Of a stretch of 64,000 nucleotides of DNA, positions 63,703-64,000 are shown in pieces. The stretch lies in contig JAZDNT010000002.1 of assembly GCA_043799405.1 (NCBI GenBank), positions 235,320 to 299,319 of the forward strand, written 5' to 3'. Each line of letters starts with the position of its first letter. Position 1 is the first letter of the stretch. Under the pieces are notes generated by a model that ran no database searches, was not told the origin of the DNA, and was given only the letters and a program-made list of their open reading frames with translations. The position numbers and the translations under genes are program-made. Source of the stretch: Candidatus Kerfeldbacteria bacterium (lineage in GTDB: Bacteria; Patescibacteriota; Patescibacteriia; SBBC01).

Positions 63703-64000
63703 ATGGAAAGCAGAAATAAAAGCGGGTTTACCTTGATCGAGCTTCTCATCGTCATCGCTATCATCGGTATACTGTCGACTATCGGTCTCGTTGCCCTCAA
63801 TGGAGCACGCTATAGGGCCCGTGATGCATTGCGGCAGGCAGCGCTTCGTCAGTATGCGCTCGCATGGATATCAATGAACCAGGACTATGGGAAGTACATC
63901 CTTCCCAATTCCAAGGGCGGTTCTGATGAGACGTGCCAATGGAAGGATGACCCATCGGGATGTACTGATCTTGGGTTGTTTTTTGGTTCCACAGCAACGA
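63703..64000 (+). CDS. Second type IV pilin; 3' end outside the window
   Basis: MESRNKSG|FTLIELLIVIAIIGILSTIGLVALNGARYRARDA. The frame stays open to the window end. It is not in the ORF track because it has no stop in the window. Confidence 0.8.
   Translation, partial: MESRNKSGFTLIELLIVIAIIGILSTIGLVALNGARYRARDALRQAALRQYALAWISMNQDYGKYILPNSKGGSDETCQWKDDPSGCTDLGLFFGSTAT

Overview
The window reads as a chromosomal segment from a compact, probably monoderm, ultrasmall bacterium of the CPR/Patescibacteria type. That placement is my inference from gene content. Supporting signs are tightly packed operons, pilus genes without a secretin, and giant Cys-rich surface proteins. The genetic code is standard: TGA is used as a stop and never interrupts conserved genes. 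There are three blocks. (1) nt 1-22610, + strand: a type IV secretion (T4SS)-like locus. It holds a 2003-aa Cys-rich surface protein, a VirB6/TrbL-like protein, a PrgI/VirB3-like protein, VirB4 encoded as two ORFs, two VirB2-like hairpin proteins (one fused to an SLT/VirB1 lytic transglycosylase) and a TolB-like propeller. No relaxase or coupling protein is in view. (2) nt 22617-40913: housekeeping and stress genes (radA, recG, a copA/copZ copper operon, MazG-like, DUF218, GT2, comF, clpC, htpX, lemA). This block also contains three unusual tRNA loci. In each, an intact tRNA (Arg-GCG, Ser-UGA, Ser-GCU) sits inside the broken or interrupted shell of a second tRNA gene of the same type. The breakpoints recur in the D-loop, anticodon loop and T-loop, and the inserts have GC-rich self-complementary termini. 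(3) nt 41008-64000, + strand: six tandem paralogous secreted proteins, then a 2094-aa Cys-rich giant protein, then a type IV pilus operon. The operon is pilM, pilN, pilO, pilB, a CheY-like receiver, a PilT-like protein with degenerate catalytic motifs, pilC and two pilins. All domain calls come from motifs read by eye; no database search was run.
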